A DNA stretch of 64,000 bases from Heteronotia binoei (Eukaryota), in NCBI RefSeq assembly GCF_032191835.1, contig NC_083243.1:78058001-78122000 (forward strand). The letters are read 5' to 3'. Position 1 is the first letter of the stretch. Every line of letters begins with the position of its first letter. Shown here piece by piece: positions 14,774-26,549 of this stretch. A program made the translations under genes and the position numbers. The notes beneath the pieces are model-generated. The model worked only from the letters and a program-made list of their open reading frames with translations. It did no database searches and was not told where the DNA came from.

Positions 14774-17700
14774 AGGAGTTCTTGAGGACTAGAAGGTGGG
14801 AAGTGGAAAAGTCTGAAGTGGTTGGACTAATCAAAACTTTATTCTTTGCAAATGGTTTTGCATCCCCCCCCCCCAAATTATTCGACAGCTGGAACGGAGA
14901 GGAAGCATCCTGCTGCCTGGACTGACCCAAACTGTTTTTGGTACATTGGATGAGTTACCAGTCACGAATACCCTGCTTGCCACTCTTTGGGGGTCTCACA
15001 TCTGTTGTACACAGCCTGAAAAACTGGCAGCACCAATGACTGTGCAATTAGCATGTTGTACACAAATTAAAATGCTGCCTAAAATACGTGAGATGTGGAT
15101 GAACCACAGGGCCAGAGGAACTGAGCCAGACTCCCAGTTGGAGGAACAAACGAGTTGTCTTGGATTGTTGAGAAATCTGTTCTCTTATTTCTAGAAAAGA
15201 AAACCCACATTTGGTAACAAGCTTGTGGGCAAGGAGTTGGCTGGAGTTGACACTGTGTGTGGTCAGTAAAGTCTAGTTCTTTGCCCAGCTTTCAGAAGCA
15301 TATGCTAATTTTTTCCATATGTGGGCTTAATGGGTGTAAATATAGAGGATATGCTAAGGCATGCCATCTATCTTTTAATCTTGCCAATAATGGGCTACAA
15401 TCAGCAGATGAACGCTTGCATTACAACTGTATTATGTTTACAGCCACACATATTGATTTACTGGAGCCAGGGGGGCAGGGTAGGCAAGCTTGTGGCACAC
15501 CGGACCATTTAGACCGACACACAGGGACCAGTTCTCTGCCCAAGCAATCCAGGCGAGCCCCTGATTTGCTGGCAAACCCACTCAGTCTAGTGTCAGTTTG
15601 TGGTCCTCTGTTATATCTGATCAGAGGCTTTTTACCAGTTCTGCACACTTTCTTTGGGCAGTTGTCATGACTATGTATAACTGCATCTATATACTAAATG
15701 GTGTCATGAGCACATTTTGCTAAATTTTATTTTTCTTCCATGGTTGTGAAGGAATAATAATGAGGGCATTTAGCAGCTGGGTCTGACAGATACTACTGAA
15801 GACCTGTAGGTCAGAGGAGTAGAAAGAGAAAGCTGCATTATGAGATGGCATCAGAGAGAGCTTTAAAACTGTGGTGTTGAATTTGAGCTGCCAGAGGTAG
15901 GGCAGAGTTGGACCTTTCCCCATTTTTCTCCTTTATGGTCAGAGTATTAGAAGCATTAGGTAGGCTGGGCACAATCCGCTAAGGTATCTTGCATAAGCCC
16001 CATTTAAATGAATGGAAGCTGCGCAAAAGTACTAGTATGCTCTCAGTTCACCTCTGCAAAAGAGCAATTATGGGTCTGTAAATATATGCTTGCATTTGTG
16101 GGCTCACCCATCTCAAGGACACTAGTTTAACCCTAGTTAAGAACCCTAGAACCTGTGTTTTTAATAAATATTGTTACGATGGTGGCCTGACTTCACTGAT
16201 CAGTGATTTGCCTTTCCTGGTGCACATAGCTGAGTGGTAATTTGAATGTGGGTTTCACATATCCAGATGCTAGCCTCAGCTCCATGCACATGTGTAGGCT
16301 TAATGGTTTTCAGAGCAGCTCAGGATCTGAGAAAGCCTCCCACTGCTAGGAAGTTAGTCCTGAAAGTTTACAGCTCCCTTGGGCCTCTGCATGTTATGGT
16401 CAGGGCAGGCCTAAAGAACAAAGTCAGTCCTACAGATGGAATCACTGACAAGACATTCAAATTCCCAGTACCTGATGGTTCTTAGAGGCTGGTGACAGTT
16501 TCCCCAGTATCTTTTGCTGCCTCTCTTCTCTTGCAGATGGAAAGCAAAGAGTTAAGCAGAGCCTGTCACATGGTGGAAGCCGGCTGGAAGGGAGAAGGAA
16601 GGCAGTCACGCAACGAAAACAGTGCTGGCTCCAAGGGGGCAGGGTTCTCACGCAGTGCCGTGTAACCATGTCATCTATCTTGTCACGGTCCAGGCCCTCC
16701 TGTCAGCATTAATCCACACCGACAGTGGATTAATCTTCCCCTCACACACACTCGCCTCCCAAGGGTGAGACAGGAATGGGGAGCAGGGGAGTCTGTTCCT
16801 CAGCCAAGAAGCCTCTGCTCCTCTGGCTCGCACCCGTCCTGAAATAACAGCTAGTTATGGAGAGCAGTGATTATGTCTCAATTTTGCACGCCAGGAGGAA
16901 CTTTTTCATTTCAATTCCTCCTTTTCATTGGCAAGACATCCTGACAGCTCTCCCTCCTTCTTCACCAGCACACAAACACATTCGGAGAGGATTTTGTTAC
17001 AGAAATGGAAGTCCAGGCAGTCACCAATTTAAGAAACCCCGCTTTGTGTTCTTTGAACTTTACATGGAAGATGAAAGGTGACCAGAGTAATCCAGGGTAG
17101 TGTTCAAACAAAGCCCTTGTGTAACCATGGCCCAGTGATTTAAACTGGCATCTACATAAGGCACGTCCTCAAATGCACAGAAGATAACAGAATAGAAAGG
17201 TGCTTAGAGCAGAAACTGGACTACATTGACTTGGTAGCACTTTGTATGAAAATCTCCCATTAAATATGAATTTACAAAATTTGAATGAGTTTGGAAAATA
17301 GCTCTGAAAGCACTCTCCTGGAACCCTAGGGCAAGTATTAATTCTACTTAGTGTGAAGCCCCAGAAGCCTGCTCTCATGTGACAATAAAATACATTTTCC
17401 CATCCTGCTCAAAATCCTCATGGCTCTATTCAATACTAGCCATTCTTGGTATTGGGCAAATTAATAACATACAGTCTTCAAAAGATGACATACGATGCTA
17501 TTCTGTTTCACTGTGCAAAAGAAGACATGTAGCTGCAGATAGTATTTGACATCTGGAATGTTGCACGTATATTGTTGGAACTACTACAGAAATTAATAGT
17601 TAACAGTTTATGACTTATCTTTTTTTAAAGGTTGTTTCAAAGTCATATCTACAGTCTTTTTAACTGGCCTTTCTCTGAAACACGGCTCAAGGTAGGTTAA

Positions 17701-18629
17701 AATGATACTAAAACATCATAAACTAAAAACAGGTATAGCCAACAGACAGAGTTTAATAGCAGCTAATCTAATGGTTTTTCAGTCATCTCTTCATGTAATT
17801 CTACCTTAAGACAGTTAACTAAAGTTCTTGGTAGCTATGAAGCTCATAGGTCCTTGGCTGTCAGGCTCAGCAATTATTATTTTGCCTCTGTTTTTTGAAG
17901 TTCATATTCTATTACATAATTGAAATAATCTTTGTTTCTTCCCCTCCCTCCATTAGACAAACTTTTTGCAGATTCAAAAGATAAACTGGGTGGGGTCTCA
18001 TTAAATTTTCAGCCTACCCCTGTCACACAGTCAACAACCATCCTAGCTGCACTTTAGGTCTTAAAGGTTTACATCCACTGTAAATGTTAAACAGCTCATA
18101 ATGGACAAAATTCTATTTTGTTTTTCGTGCTCTCAGATGAACTGTACACAGTGCCAGGTGACAATAAACCCAGACTCATTAGGTTAATGGATTTTTTACA
18201 AGCTACTGAGGGGTGAGAGAAAGTTCAGTGGCAGAGATGGGGAAGGAGGACAGGACAACAGGTAAGGAGTTCAAGTTTAGTTACTGGAGCAGAAGCAGTT
18301 ATGCAGAGAAGGAACAAAAAAAGGCAGTGTGAAAGGGAAATCCAGGGTATTCTAGAATCTGTCTTTCACCTTTCTGTAACTTAACAGAGCAGCATGCCTG
18401 ATCTCAAAAGGTCCTATACATATTCACACATTTGCAACTCAGTCCTATGAGTACTTTGGGCTCAATCCACAAACCCATGAATGCAAGGGAAGGTTATACG
18501 CGTACTGTTATGTTTACATCCTTGCAGAGTATTCAGGGCTGGAGAAAAGGAGGATCTTGGAATCAGTTGTCAGAGTGGGGCTGGGCACACCTTCAGTCCA
18601 GGGCTTACTTAACAGTATGAGCACTTTAG

Positions 18630-18905
18630 GATCAAACCAACACCACCTAGTCCAGCGTTCTGTTCCTCATAGCAGTCAAGCACGTGGTTTGCAAGCAGAA
18701 ACACAGAGGCCAAAGCCTCTTTTTGTTGTTGCCTCCCACAGCAAGCATCAGAGGTAAACTGACTCTGGGCATGGAGGTTCTGTTTACCATAATGGTTAAA
18801 ACCCATTAATGTACTATCCTCTATGAACTGGTGTAATTGCCTGATATTATTACAGCAGCTGGCAGTGAGTTCAACAAAGTAATTATGAATTGTTTTTGTC
18901 TGATA
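18630..18905 (-). mobile_element. Old CR1 3' end fragment
   Basis: Resembles the reverse complement of squamate CR1 3' sequence (ctctgggcatggaggttc...tatcctctatgaa). Confidence 0.55.
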
Positions 18906-18954
18906 TGATACCACTGCCCACCAACTTGTTTATTTGTACTTAATATTGCATAAT

Positions 18955-19130
18955 ATATTGTTGGATTAGGACTGAGGAGATCTGGGTTCAAGTTCTCATG
19001 CAGCCATGAAGTTCAAGACCTTCTTTCTCAGCCTAAACAGCCTCTTAGGGTTTTTGTGAGGATAACATGGATGGAGAGAACTTTTGAGGCTGCTTGTACT
19101 TCAAGGCAGAAGGGGAGGATAAACTGATGA
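18955..19130 (+). mobile_element. Old CORE-type SINE (MIR/Squam3-like)
   Basis: B-box-like gggttcaagttc followed by a decayed core cagcctaaacagcctcttagggtttttgtgaggataa. Confidence 0.55.
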
Positions 19131-19477
19131 AAATAATTTACAACATCCCCTCAAAGTTTCAGCTGACAGCAGCTCCTCTATTCCACAGAATTGCACCTTT
19201 CACAGATAATAGATCAATATATGAATGTTCAATTTACACATCTCAGGTTTTCTGAAAGGCTTTAAACTATGCAAAGCAGTGCTTTCTTAGGCCCAGGTGT
19301 TTCAATCAGAGTTTCTTTAGCTGCTCCACTAAAATCTATATGGGCTTTGAAATGCTTAGCTGGATTTTGGCCAAGAATTCCCAGTTCCTATCTCAGATTC
19401 TCTGCTAATTTATTCATGGTAACCCCCATGTACAAAAGGAAAGAAACATATGGGGTTTTTTCCTATTTATTTTTAAT

Positions 19478-19690
19478 ATGGTGGTGCTGGAAAGTGATGC
19501 CAAGTCATAGCTCATTTATGGCACCCCATAGGGTTTTAAAAGTGCAGTGAAGCTTTGTGCTATTGCCTGCCTTTGCATAGTGACCCTGAACTTCCTTGGT
19601 GGTCTCTCATGCAAGTATTAACCAGCTCTGACTTTGCTTAGCTTCCCATGTCTGATAAAATTGGCTAGCTCGGGCCATCTGGATCAGCGC
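19478..19690 (-). mobile_element. 5S rRNA-derived SINE (SINE3-like)
   Basis: Reverse strand aagctaagcaaagtcagagctggttaatacttgcatgagagaccacc resembles the 5S internal control region (AAGCTAAGCAGGGTCGGGCCTGGTTAGTACTTGGATGGGAGACC). Too diverged for a functional 5S gene. Confidence 0.7.
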
Positions 19691-19962
19691 ATTTTGAATA
19701 TATGGAACCCAAAATAAGGATAAAAAGGTACAGACTATGGCTAAACCTAGCCTCTGTCTCCGCATAAGGCCTTGAGTTACTGAGAAAAGACCTGCTGGCA
19801 GTTTGAAAGCAGCTGGGGAGAAGAATATCTTTTTACTGGATGTTTTCTGTCTCAAGAGTTTGCCAGGAGATTTGCCTACCTTGCTCAGTGCTGCTAACAA
19901 ACTGACAGAAAAAGAGGTCAATAAAACCCTCCAAACATTACCTGAACCGTCAGCATTCTTAC

Positions 19963-20018
19963 CTTGTTAAATGTCAGCAGCTCTTTGGACCACTGATGAC
20001 ATGGAAAATCTGTACATG
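19963..20018 (-). other. Candidate 56-nt exon of the same putative minus-strand unit
   Basis: Strong acceptor ttctgtgattcttttattcccAG and donor AAG|GTAAGA; one open frame (CTDFPCHQWSKELLTFNK). Confidence 0.4.
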
Positions 20019-20109
20019 CTGGGAATAAAAGAATCACAGAATCCTATCCATCTAGTTACACAGTTCATTTATGAGCCTGGCTATAGGACAGAACTGTGGA
20101 CAACTGCCT

Positions 20110-22514
20110 ACCAAATAGACTGTATGGGCGGAGAGCCTATTTTGGCTCGCCCTCGGGGCCTGATGGACCCGGAACGGTTCCAAACGGCCCTGAGGGATCC
20201 CTGGCCCACTGGCAATTCCCTCGATGACCTGGTGGAAATCTGGCAGGGCCAATTGTCCAGGGCTATCGATGAAATTGCACCCCGGCGTCCTCTACGCCCT
20301 CGTACGAAGCTGGCTCCATCGTATACCTTGGAGCTGCGCCAGCTGAAACAAGGGCTCAGACGACTAGAGAGGCAGTGGAGGCATACTCGGGATGAAGCAA
20401 CGAGAACATCCTACAGAACGTTTATGAAGTCTTATGAGATGGCAGTCAAGGCTACAAAGAAAGATTACTTTGCAACCAAGATTGCATCTGCAAACTCGCA
20501 CCCAGCACAATTATTTAGAATAATTGGGGATCTTATAACGCTGCCACAAGGCAAACCAAATGTTAGAGAATTAGAAATAGGCTGTGAGGCATTTGCGAGA
20601 TATTTTGCAGATAAAATCTCGTTGCTCCGCCAAGACCTGCCTACCACTTTGGATACAGTGAGTGAAATTGAGGCTCCGTGCCTGTCTTCGGGTTTAGTGC
20701 TGGACCACTTCGACCCGCTCAGCCTGGAGGAAGTCGACACAATCCTCTCTGCTGCTTGCCCGACAACATGCGATCTGGACCCTTGCCCCTCTTGGCTGAT
20801 TAAATCTTGCCAGGGGGAGCTTAGATGTCCTTTACGGGACATCATAAACAGGTCCCTCCTAGAGGGGCATTTTCCAACACCTCTGAAAGAGGCCTTGGTC
20901 CGCCCTCTCTTGAAAAAAGCTACAGCAGACCCGGCCGAATTGGCGAACTACCGTCCGGTGTCTAATTTACCGTTTTTAGGTAAAATTATTGAGAGGGCCA
21001 TGGCGTTGCAGCTACAGAGGTTTCTGGATGACGCTTCTATCCTAGACCCATGTCAGTCTGGCTTCTGACCGGGCCATGGGACGGAGACGGTGTTGGTCGC
21101 CTTGGTAGATGACCTCCAACGGCAACTGGATCGAGGCGGCGTTGGGGTGCTGATGCTGTTAGACCTGTTGGCTGCATTTGATACAGTCGACCATCGGCTA
21201 CTGACGCGCCGCCTCGCCGACATTGGGGTTGAGTGGTCGGCCTTGCAATGGCTTTCCTCCTTTCTCCTGGGTCGGGGACAGAGGGTGGCTATTGGGGGTG
21301 AGCGGTCCCGGAGGCGCACACTGGATTGTGGGGTGCCTCAGGGAGCAGTGCTCTCCCCGATGTTGTTCAACATCTATATGCGCCCCCTTGCCAAGATTGC
21401 CCGGCGGTTTGGGCTGGGTTGCCATCAATATGCAGATGACACCCAGCTCTATCTACTAATGGATGGCTGGCCCAACCCCACTCCAGGGAATCTCGACTGG
21501 GCCTTACAGGCTGTTGCGACATGGCTCAGGCTGAGTGGTCTGAAGCTGAATCCAGCGAAGACAAAGGTCCTTTGCGTGGGTCGCGGCGCTCTGGGAAGGG
21601 AAATAGCTCTCCCGGCCTTCGATGGTGCGCTATTGAAAGCAGCGCACCAGGCAAAGAGCCTGGGTGTTTTACTGGAGCCTTCATTATCGATGGAGGCCCA
21701 GATAGCAGCCACCGCCAAGTCAGCATTCTTCCATCTGAAGCAGGCAAGGCAGTTGGCCCCTTTCCTTGAGTGCCGGGACCTCGCAACAGTGATCCATGCA
21801 ACGGTCACCTCAAGACTAGACTACTGTAACGCCCTCTACTTGGGGCTACCTCTGTGCCGGACTCGGAGACTGCAGCTAGTGCAGAACGCGGCGGCCAGGC
21901 TGTTGTTGGGACTCCCAAAACGGGAACATATACGGCCGGGGCTACGTGAACTGCACTGGTTGCCGATTATATACCGGGTCCAGTACAAAGTGTTGGTCAT
22001 TACCTTTAAAACCTTATATGGCCGAGGACCTGCCTACCTGAGGGACCGTCTTTCCCCGTATGAACCCCAGAGAACACTGAGGTCAGCCGGGAAAAACCTA
22101 ATGACCATCCCTGGGCCGAAGGAGATTAAATACCAGAATACTAGAGCACAGGCATTTTCAATCGCGGCCCCTACCCTATGGAGCCGACTCCCCGAGGAGG
22201 TGCGGGCCCTGCGGAACCTTGATCAGTTCCGCAGGGCCTGCAAGACCACCCTTTTTAAACTTGCACACTTGGACTGCTAAGAAGATCGGTAATTAAAGAT
22301 CCGCCAATGCGGTTTGAAGACCTATACCGCTGAATAACTGTACTTATTGGATTGGTTTTAATGTTATTAAGTTTAATGTTTTAATGTTTTATATTGTTAA
22401 ATCTAATGGTTTTTATCTAATATTGTATGTTTTTATAAAATGTTGTTAGCCGCCCTGAGCCTGCCGAGGTGGGGAGGGCGGGATATAAATAAAATTTATT
22501 ATTATTATTATTAT
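20110..22514 (+). mobile_element. Young 5'-truncated L2 LINE; ORF2 RT frame open except for one TGA at 21066-21068
   Basis: ORFs 19971-21068 and 21090-22280 are in the same frame; motifs NYRPVSNLPFLGK, GF*PGHGTET, AAFDTVDH, GVPQGAVLSPMLFNIY, QYADDTQLY; 3' tail gccgccctgag...gggcgggatataaat plus (TTA)n. The 5' boundary is approximate. Confidence 0.96.
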
Positions 22515-22672
22515 CATCATCATGCTGGACTAGGAGCCCCACACATATAGAAGCATGATAAGAGCTTGTGTTATTACAGATGAGAGTTTAGGTCTTGCTA
22601 CTTATGTTCAATCTGTTGACATTTTGATATATTAGAATATCAGATTTATACACAAATGACTTCTGAACTTAC

Positions 22673-22801
22673 AAGTTTATGTTTGGTAAAGTCTTCTGCA
22701 AATACTTCTTTCTTCTCCATTTCCAGGAGCATCCTCTGTATGTTCTTATAGTACTTTTCTTTTAGTTTTGAGGGGAATATCAACCAGTTTCCCTCCCTGA
22801 A
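22673..22801 (-). other. Candidate exon of an unidentified minus-strand gene or pseudogene (FREGNWLIFPSKLKEKYYKNIQRMLLEMEKKEVFAEDFTKHKL)
   Basis: ctctAG acceptor, CTT|GTAAGT donor, 129 nt open in frame 0, not part of any repeat I recognise. No homologue recognised. Confidence 0.4.
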
Positions 22802-22830
22802 CTAGAGCTGGGGAGACTTTGCCATCTAGG

Positions 22831-23017
22831 CTGAGCTTTTTGGTATAGTGGTTCCTCTCAAGAGCAGCCTCCATCAGAGCTCTCTCAGTCCCACCTAACT
22901 CACAGGATGTCTGTTGTGGGGAGGGGTCAGTAAAGGAGATTGTAAGCCACTCTGAGACCCTTTTTCAGTAGTGAAGGGCAAGGTATAAATTAAATCTTCT
23001 TCTCCTCCTCCTTCTCC
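22831..23017 (+). mobile_element. Squam3-like SINE, internally deleted
   Basis: Head, core and (CTT/CCT)n tail present. Confidence 0.8.
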
Positions 23018-23041
23018 ATCTGCTCAGCTCCACCACTTGCC

Positions 23042-23293
23042 TGCTGATGCCTTTAAAAGAAGCTACTACTTAGAGATCTTGCCTTTTCCCTGGGCAGGCT
23101 TTTAAAGTTAATAGTTAATTATTTGATGTATCAAAGTAGGATTTTATATGTTGTGGCCAAGCACAACAAGTAGGATTTTATATATGCTGATGCCTTTAAA
23201 AGAAGCTACTACTTAGAGATCTTGCCTTTTCCCTGGGCAGGCTTTTAAAGTTAATAGTTAATTATTTGATGTATCAAAGTAGGATTTTATATG
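23042..23293. repeat. 109-bp direct duplication (23042-23150 = 23185-23293) with a 34-nt composite spacer
   Basis: The two copies read identical by eye; offset 143 nt. Confidence 0.95.
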
Positions 23294-23744
23294 TATTGTA
23301 ATAGGACTCCAAGTGAGATGCTCTGAGTGAATAGTGAATAAAAACTCTAATAAAGAAATCATTATTTTGCAGAATATAATGTAGTTCTAAAAGAGACAGT
23401 ATACAATAATTTCAGATTTTATTAAATCATTTAATTTAAAATGTCTATCAACATGAACACTTCCATTATCACATAAAAACTCCAGCACAGGATAGATAAC
23501 ATTAAATCCTGTCTTTATGAAAAGTTCTTGACTGACATCTCCCAGAGGGGTATTTACCCATTTGTAGTGCTCATGAGCTTGAAACACAAAGGTGGTTCAT
23601 GGTAGCAAGAAGGAAGAAGAGAATTTCTTTGAGATGCAAAGACATAATGTCAAAGAGCACTCCGGGACATTTTTGCTGAACATCTGTATCCTGGGGATCA
23701 CTCTATGGAAATATAAAACAGGAATTTTTAAAATAGTGAGCTGT

Positions 23745-23950
23745 GGGGAAGGGTCATGGTCCAACGGCAGACCATTTGCTTGGTATGCAGAAGGCCCCAG
23801 ATTCAACCCCTGGTATCTCCAACTTAAAAGGATCAGGTGGGAAGTGATGTGAAATACTTGCATTTGTGACCCTAGAAACCAGCTGTCAGTTGAAATTGAT
23901 AATAATAACCTTGATGGACCAATGCTCTCACTCAGCATAAAGTAGATTCA
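23745..23950 (+). mobile_element. Older copy of the tRNA SINE family at 4549/10178
   Basis: Decayed A/B boxes (agattcaacccc), body tggtatctccaacttaaaaggatcagg, tail ataaagtagattcatgtg. Confidence 0.75.
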
Positions 23951-24659
23951 TGTGATCAACACTGAGCATATTCTGTTAAGGAGATAAAATGAAGACAGGG
24001 GATCCTACCTGAGGAATATCTGGAGTTGGTAAACAGAAGAAGACATCTCACGCCCTTCCCCATTTCCCTCCTCCCCTTCCCCCCACTGGAAAAATTGTAG
24101 AAAAGAAGTTTTAACACAGTTGCAAGGATCTGTGAGTGCTAGGAAAGGCCATAAGGCACCATTAGCCTAGGGGTGTGCAAAAAAACAACAACAGAATTAC
24201 ATGGATTCGGAAATACACGGGGCCAAAAAGATACGGAATACCATATATTTCCTATTTCCGTACTCGAAATAGCCGCATATATGGTAGATACGCGGCTATT
24301 TCCGAATATACGGCCCCATTATACCCTATGGCCATTGAAATCAATGGCAAAATAGGGTATATTGGAAGCCGCCTGGAGGGGAGGGGGTTTGAGGGGGAGC
24401 CCCCAAATTTGCAAGGGACCTTCAAGGGACTCTCCCCTACAAATCATCCAAGTCCCAAAAAGATTGGGCCAGGGGGTCCCATTCCACTGTAATTGCCGTG
24501 GGAAAAGTGGCTCTGGGGAGCAGGAGGTTTTGAGGAGAGCCCCCCAAACTGCTGTGCAGCTTCAGGGCACTGTCCCACACAAAACCCACAAGGCCAAAAA
24601 AAATATTGGACTAGGGGGTCCAATTCCTGGGGCACCCAAAGCCAAACCTTTATAACAAA

Positions 24660-24810
24660 TGTTGGATTTTAATTATTTCTTATGAAATGTTAATTTTAAA
24701 GTGTAATTTATTTTTATGTTAGTTTTATATATGTTGTAAGCCGCCCTGAGCCACTCGGTGGGAAGGGCGGGATATAAATCCCAGATAAATAAAAATAAAA
24801 ATAAATAAAC
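24660..24810 (+). mobile_element. L2 3' tail nested in the hAT element
   Basis: gtaagccgccctgagcc...gggcgggatataaat followed by an A-rich tail. Confidence 0.8.
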
Positions 24811-24978
24811 CTAACTTCACACCAGATAATCTCTATAGGACCCAAATGCACTACATCTTTCTATCTACTCTATGAACCCTGCAGGCCTGGAACCAATATA
24901 AACCCAATTGCCAACATTACTGCCAAACAAAACACAATCTGCTCAAGATCTGTTCTGCAGACCTGGCTGCAGCAAACC

Positions 24979-25203
24979 CAGATGCCAGTTCTCCAGCCCT
25001 GCCCCAAACAACACGGGGAGAGCTGGCCAAGCACAACAAGCCTGCTGATTCTGGGTCTCTCACCCAGGTGCCAGCTTCCCTGCCACAGAACACACAATCT
25101 ACAGATGCCAGCTCTCCAGCCCTGCCCCAAACAACATGGGGAGAGTTGGCCAAGCACAACAAGCCTGCTGGTTCTGGGTCTCTCACCCAGGTGCCAGCTT
25201 CCC
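24979..25203. repeat. 123-bp tandem repeat (about 1.8 copies) inside the hAT element
   Basis: cagatgccag..ctctcacccaggtgccagcttccc starts at 24979 and at 25102. Confidence 0.9.
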
Positions 25204-26549
25204 CCGCCCCTCCCCTCACAAACCAGAATCAGGAAAAGGGACAACAGGAGAAGGCCAAGAAACTCAACTGTTAAAAAAGTGGCCTTTTAAACAATGAAAA
25301 TTAGACCAAACAGCACCCCCCCCCAAGAACCAGAACCAGAAGAGAAAAGGAACAACAGCAGCACAACACAGCAGCAACAAATCAAACACAGAATCCTTTT
25401 AAAACAGTAAAAAACTTTTTAACAATACAGGAACTTTACCAACCCTCCCCCCTCCCAAAAATCTTCACTCTAACCCCAAGAAATCCAAGCCACCCAAATC
25501 AAGAAAAGTAAAAGGACACTGCACTTTTAAAAGTAAGATATGGGCAAATTGGCAAACCCCCCACCCCAGGCCCCCACCCCCAGCAGAACCCCCTAACCCC
25601 AAATAAGCTACCCAGTACTCACCGACCCAAATCTGGATAAGTAAAGGGACTCTGAGTCTTAAAAAGTCCTTTTACTAACTAAAATAAAAACAAGAACCCC
25701 AAGACTGTCTTACCTTAGACATCTTCTCTTCTCAAGGCAGGTCAGGAAAGGCTTGAGAGCAGCAGCAGCTGAGGCCAAGGGCCAGCGCAGCACAGTCTCT
25801 CTCTCACACCAACACAAAACACAACAGCAATGGAATGGAGTCCAGCCAGGCAGACTCTGACCCTACACAGAGCAGTTTCAAAAAATAGCACTGCTCTGTG
25901 ATCGGCCAGAGAACACTGTTTCCTTGGATACTCAAGTGAACAAAAGAACAACAATGTAGCTGATGGCTGAGGGATTAGCCCAGCCATCAGCTACACAAAA
26001 GCCCTTCAAAGCATGCATTTGCAATGCATTTTGCAAATGCATGCTTTGGATTGGCTGCTGGGGCTCCTGTCCCCCTCCCCCTCCCTCCCTGATCCCAGGG
26101 AGGCTATGGGAGAGGCGGGAAAAGGCTTCCAAAGGCGGGAAAGGAAGCAAGCAGCTCCCCTGAGGCTGCAGAAGCTCCTTTCCTGCCTTTTCCATTGACT
26201 TCCGTATACTTCCGAATATCTATATGGAAGTATACGGGGAGCCATATACGGCTCCCATTTAATGGCCTGAAAATGGAATCGGAAGTATATGGTGCCGTAT
26301 ACTTCCGAATCAGGGGTGATTTTGTGGTCTATGCGGTTCAGCCAAACCGAATGCACACCCTTACTTTAGCCTAGACTCATGTCTGATTTTTTTTTTAATA
26401 TATGGGTTCCCCCATATCTTTTATGTGTTCTGTATGATGTTAAATACCATCGCTTTGCCTTGCTTTATTTTGCTTTATAAAAATATAAAATTGAAATAAA
26501 AATATTGTGTGTGTTTGTCTGTGTGTCTGTGTTTGTGTGTGGCACCTTC

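Larger units (their letters stand above)
24168..26363. mobile_element. ~2.2-kb non-autonomous hAT DNA transposon
   Basis: TIRs taggggtgtgca / tgcacaccctta (11/12); 8-bp TSD cattagcc / ctttagcc (7/8); subterminal ccgtat/ccgaat/tacgg repeats at both ends; no transposase ORF seen. Confidence 0.88.

Noticed and set aside
15421-15670. Cys-rich, sushi-like ORFs on both strands
   Set aside because: Cys/Trp spacing does not fit the domain, and ORFs of this length are expected by chance in 64 kb.
16484-16530. Possible RMDN-family terminal exon (RREAAKDTGETVTSL*)
   Set aside because: Weak acceptor, marginal similarity, and no upstream RMDN exons found.
19580-19690. 5S rRNA gene
   Set aside because: Too diverged and fused to a SINE tail.
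19607-19921. GPCR TM6-like stretch (LGLAIVCTFLSLFWVPY) in a minus ORF
   Set aside because: Short chance similarity; the ORF runs into a SINE and no other TM exons are evident.
19971-20110. N-terminal part of the 365-aa ORF as a real protein start
   Set aside because: It is unique flanking DNA read through into the truncated L2 ORF2; the ORF is not a host gene.
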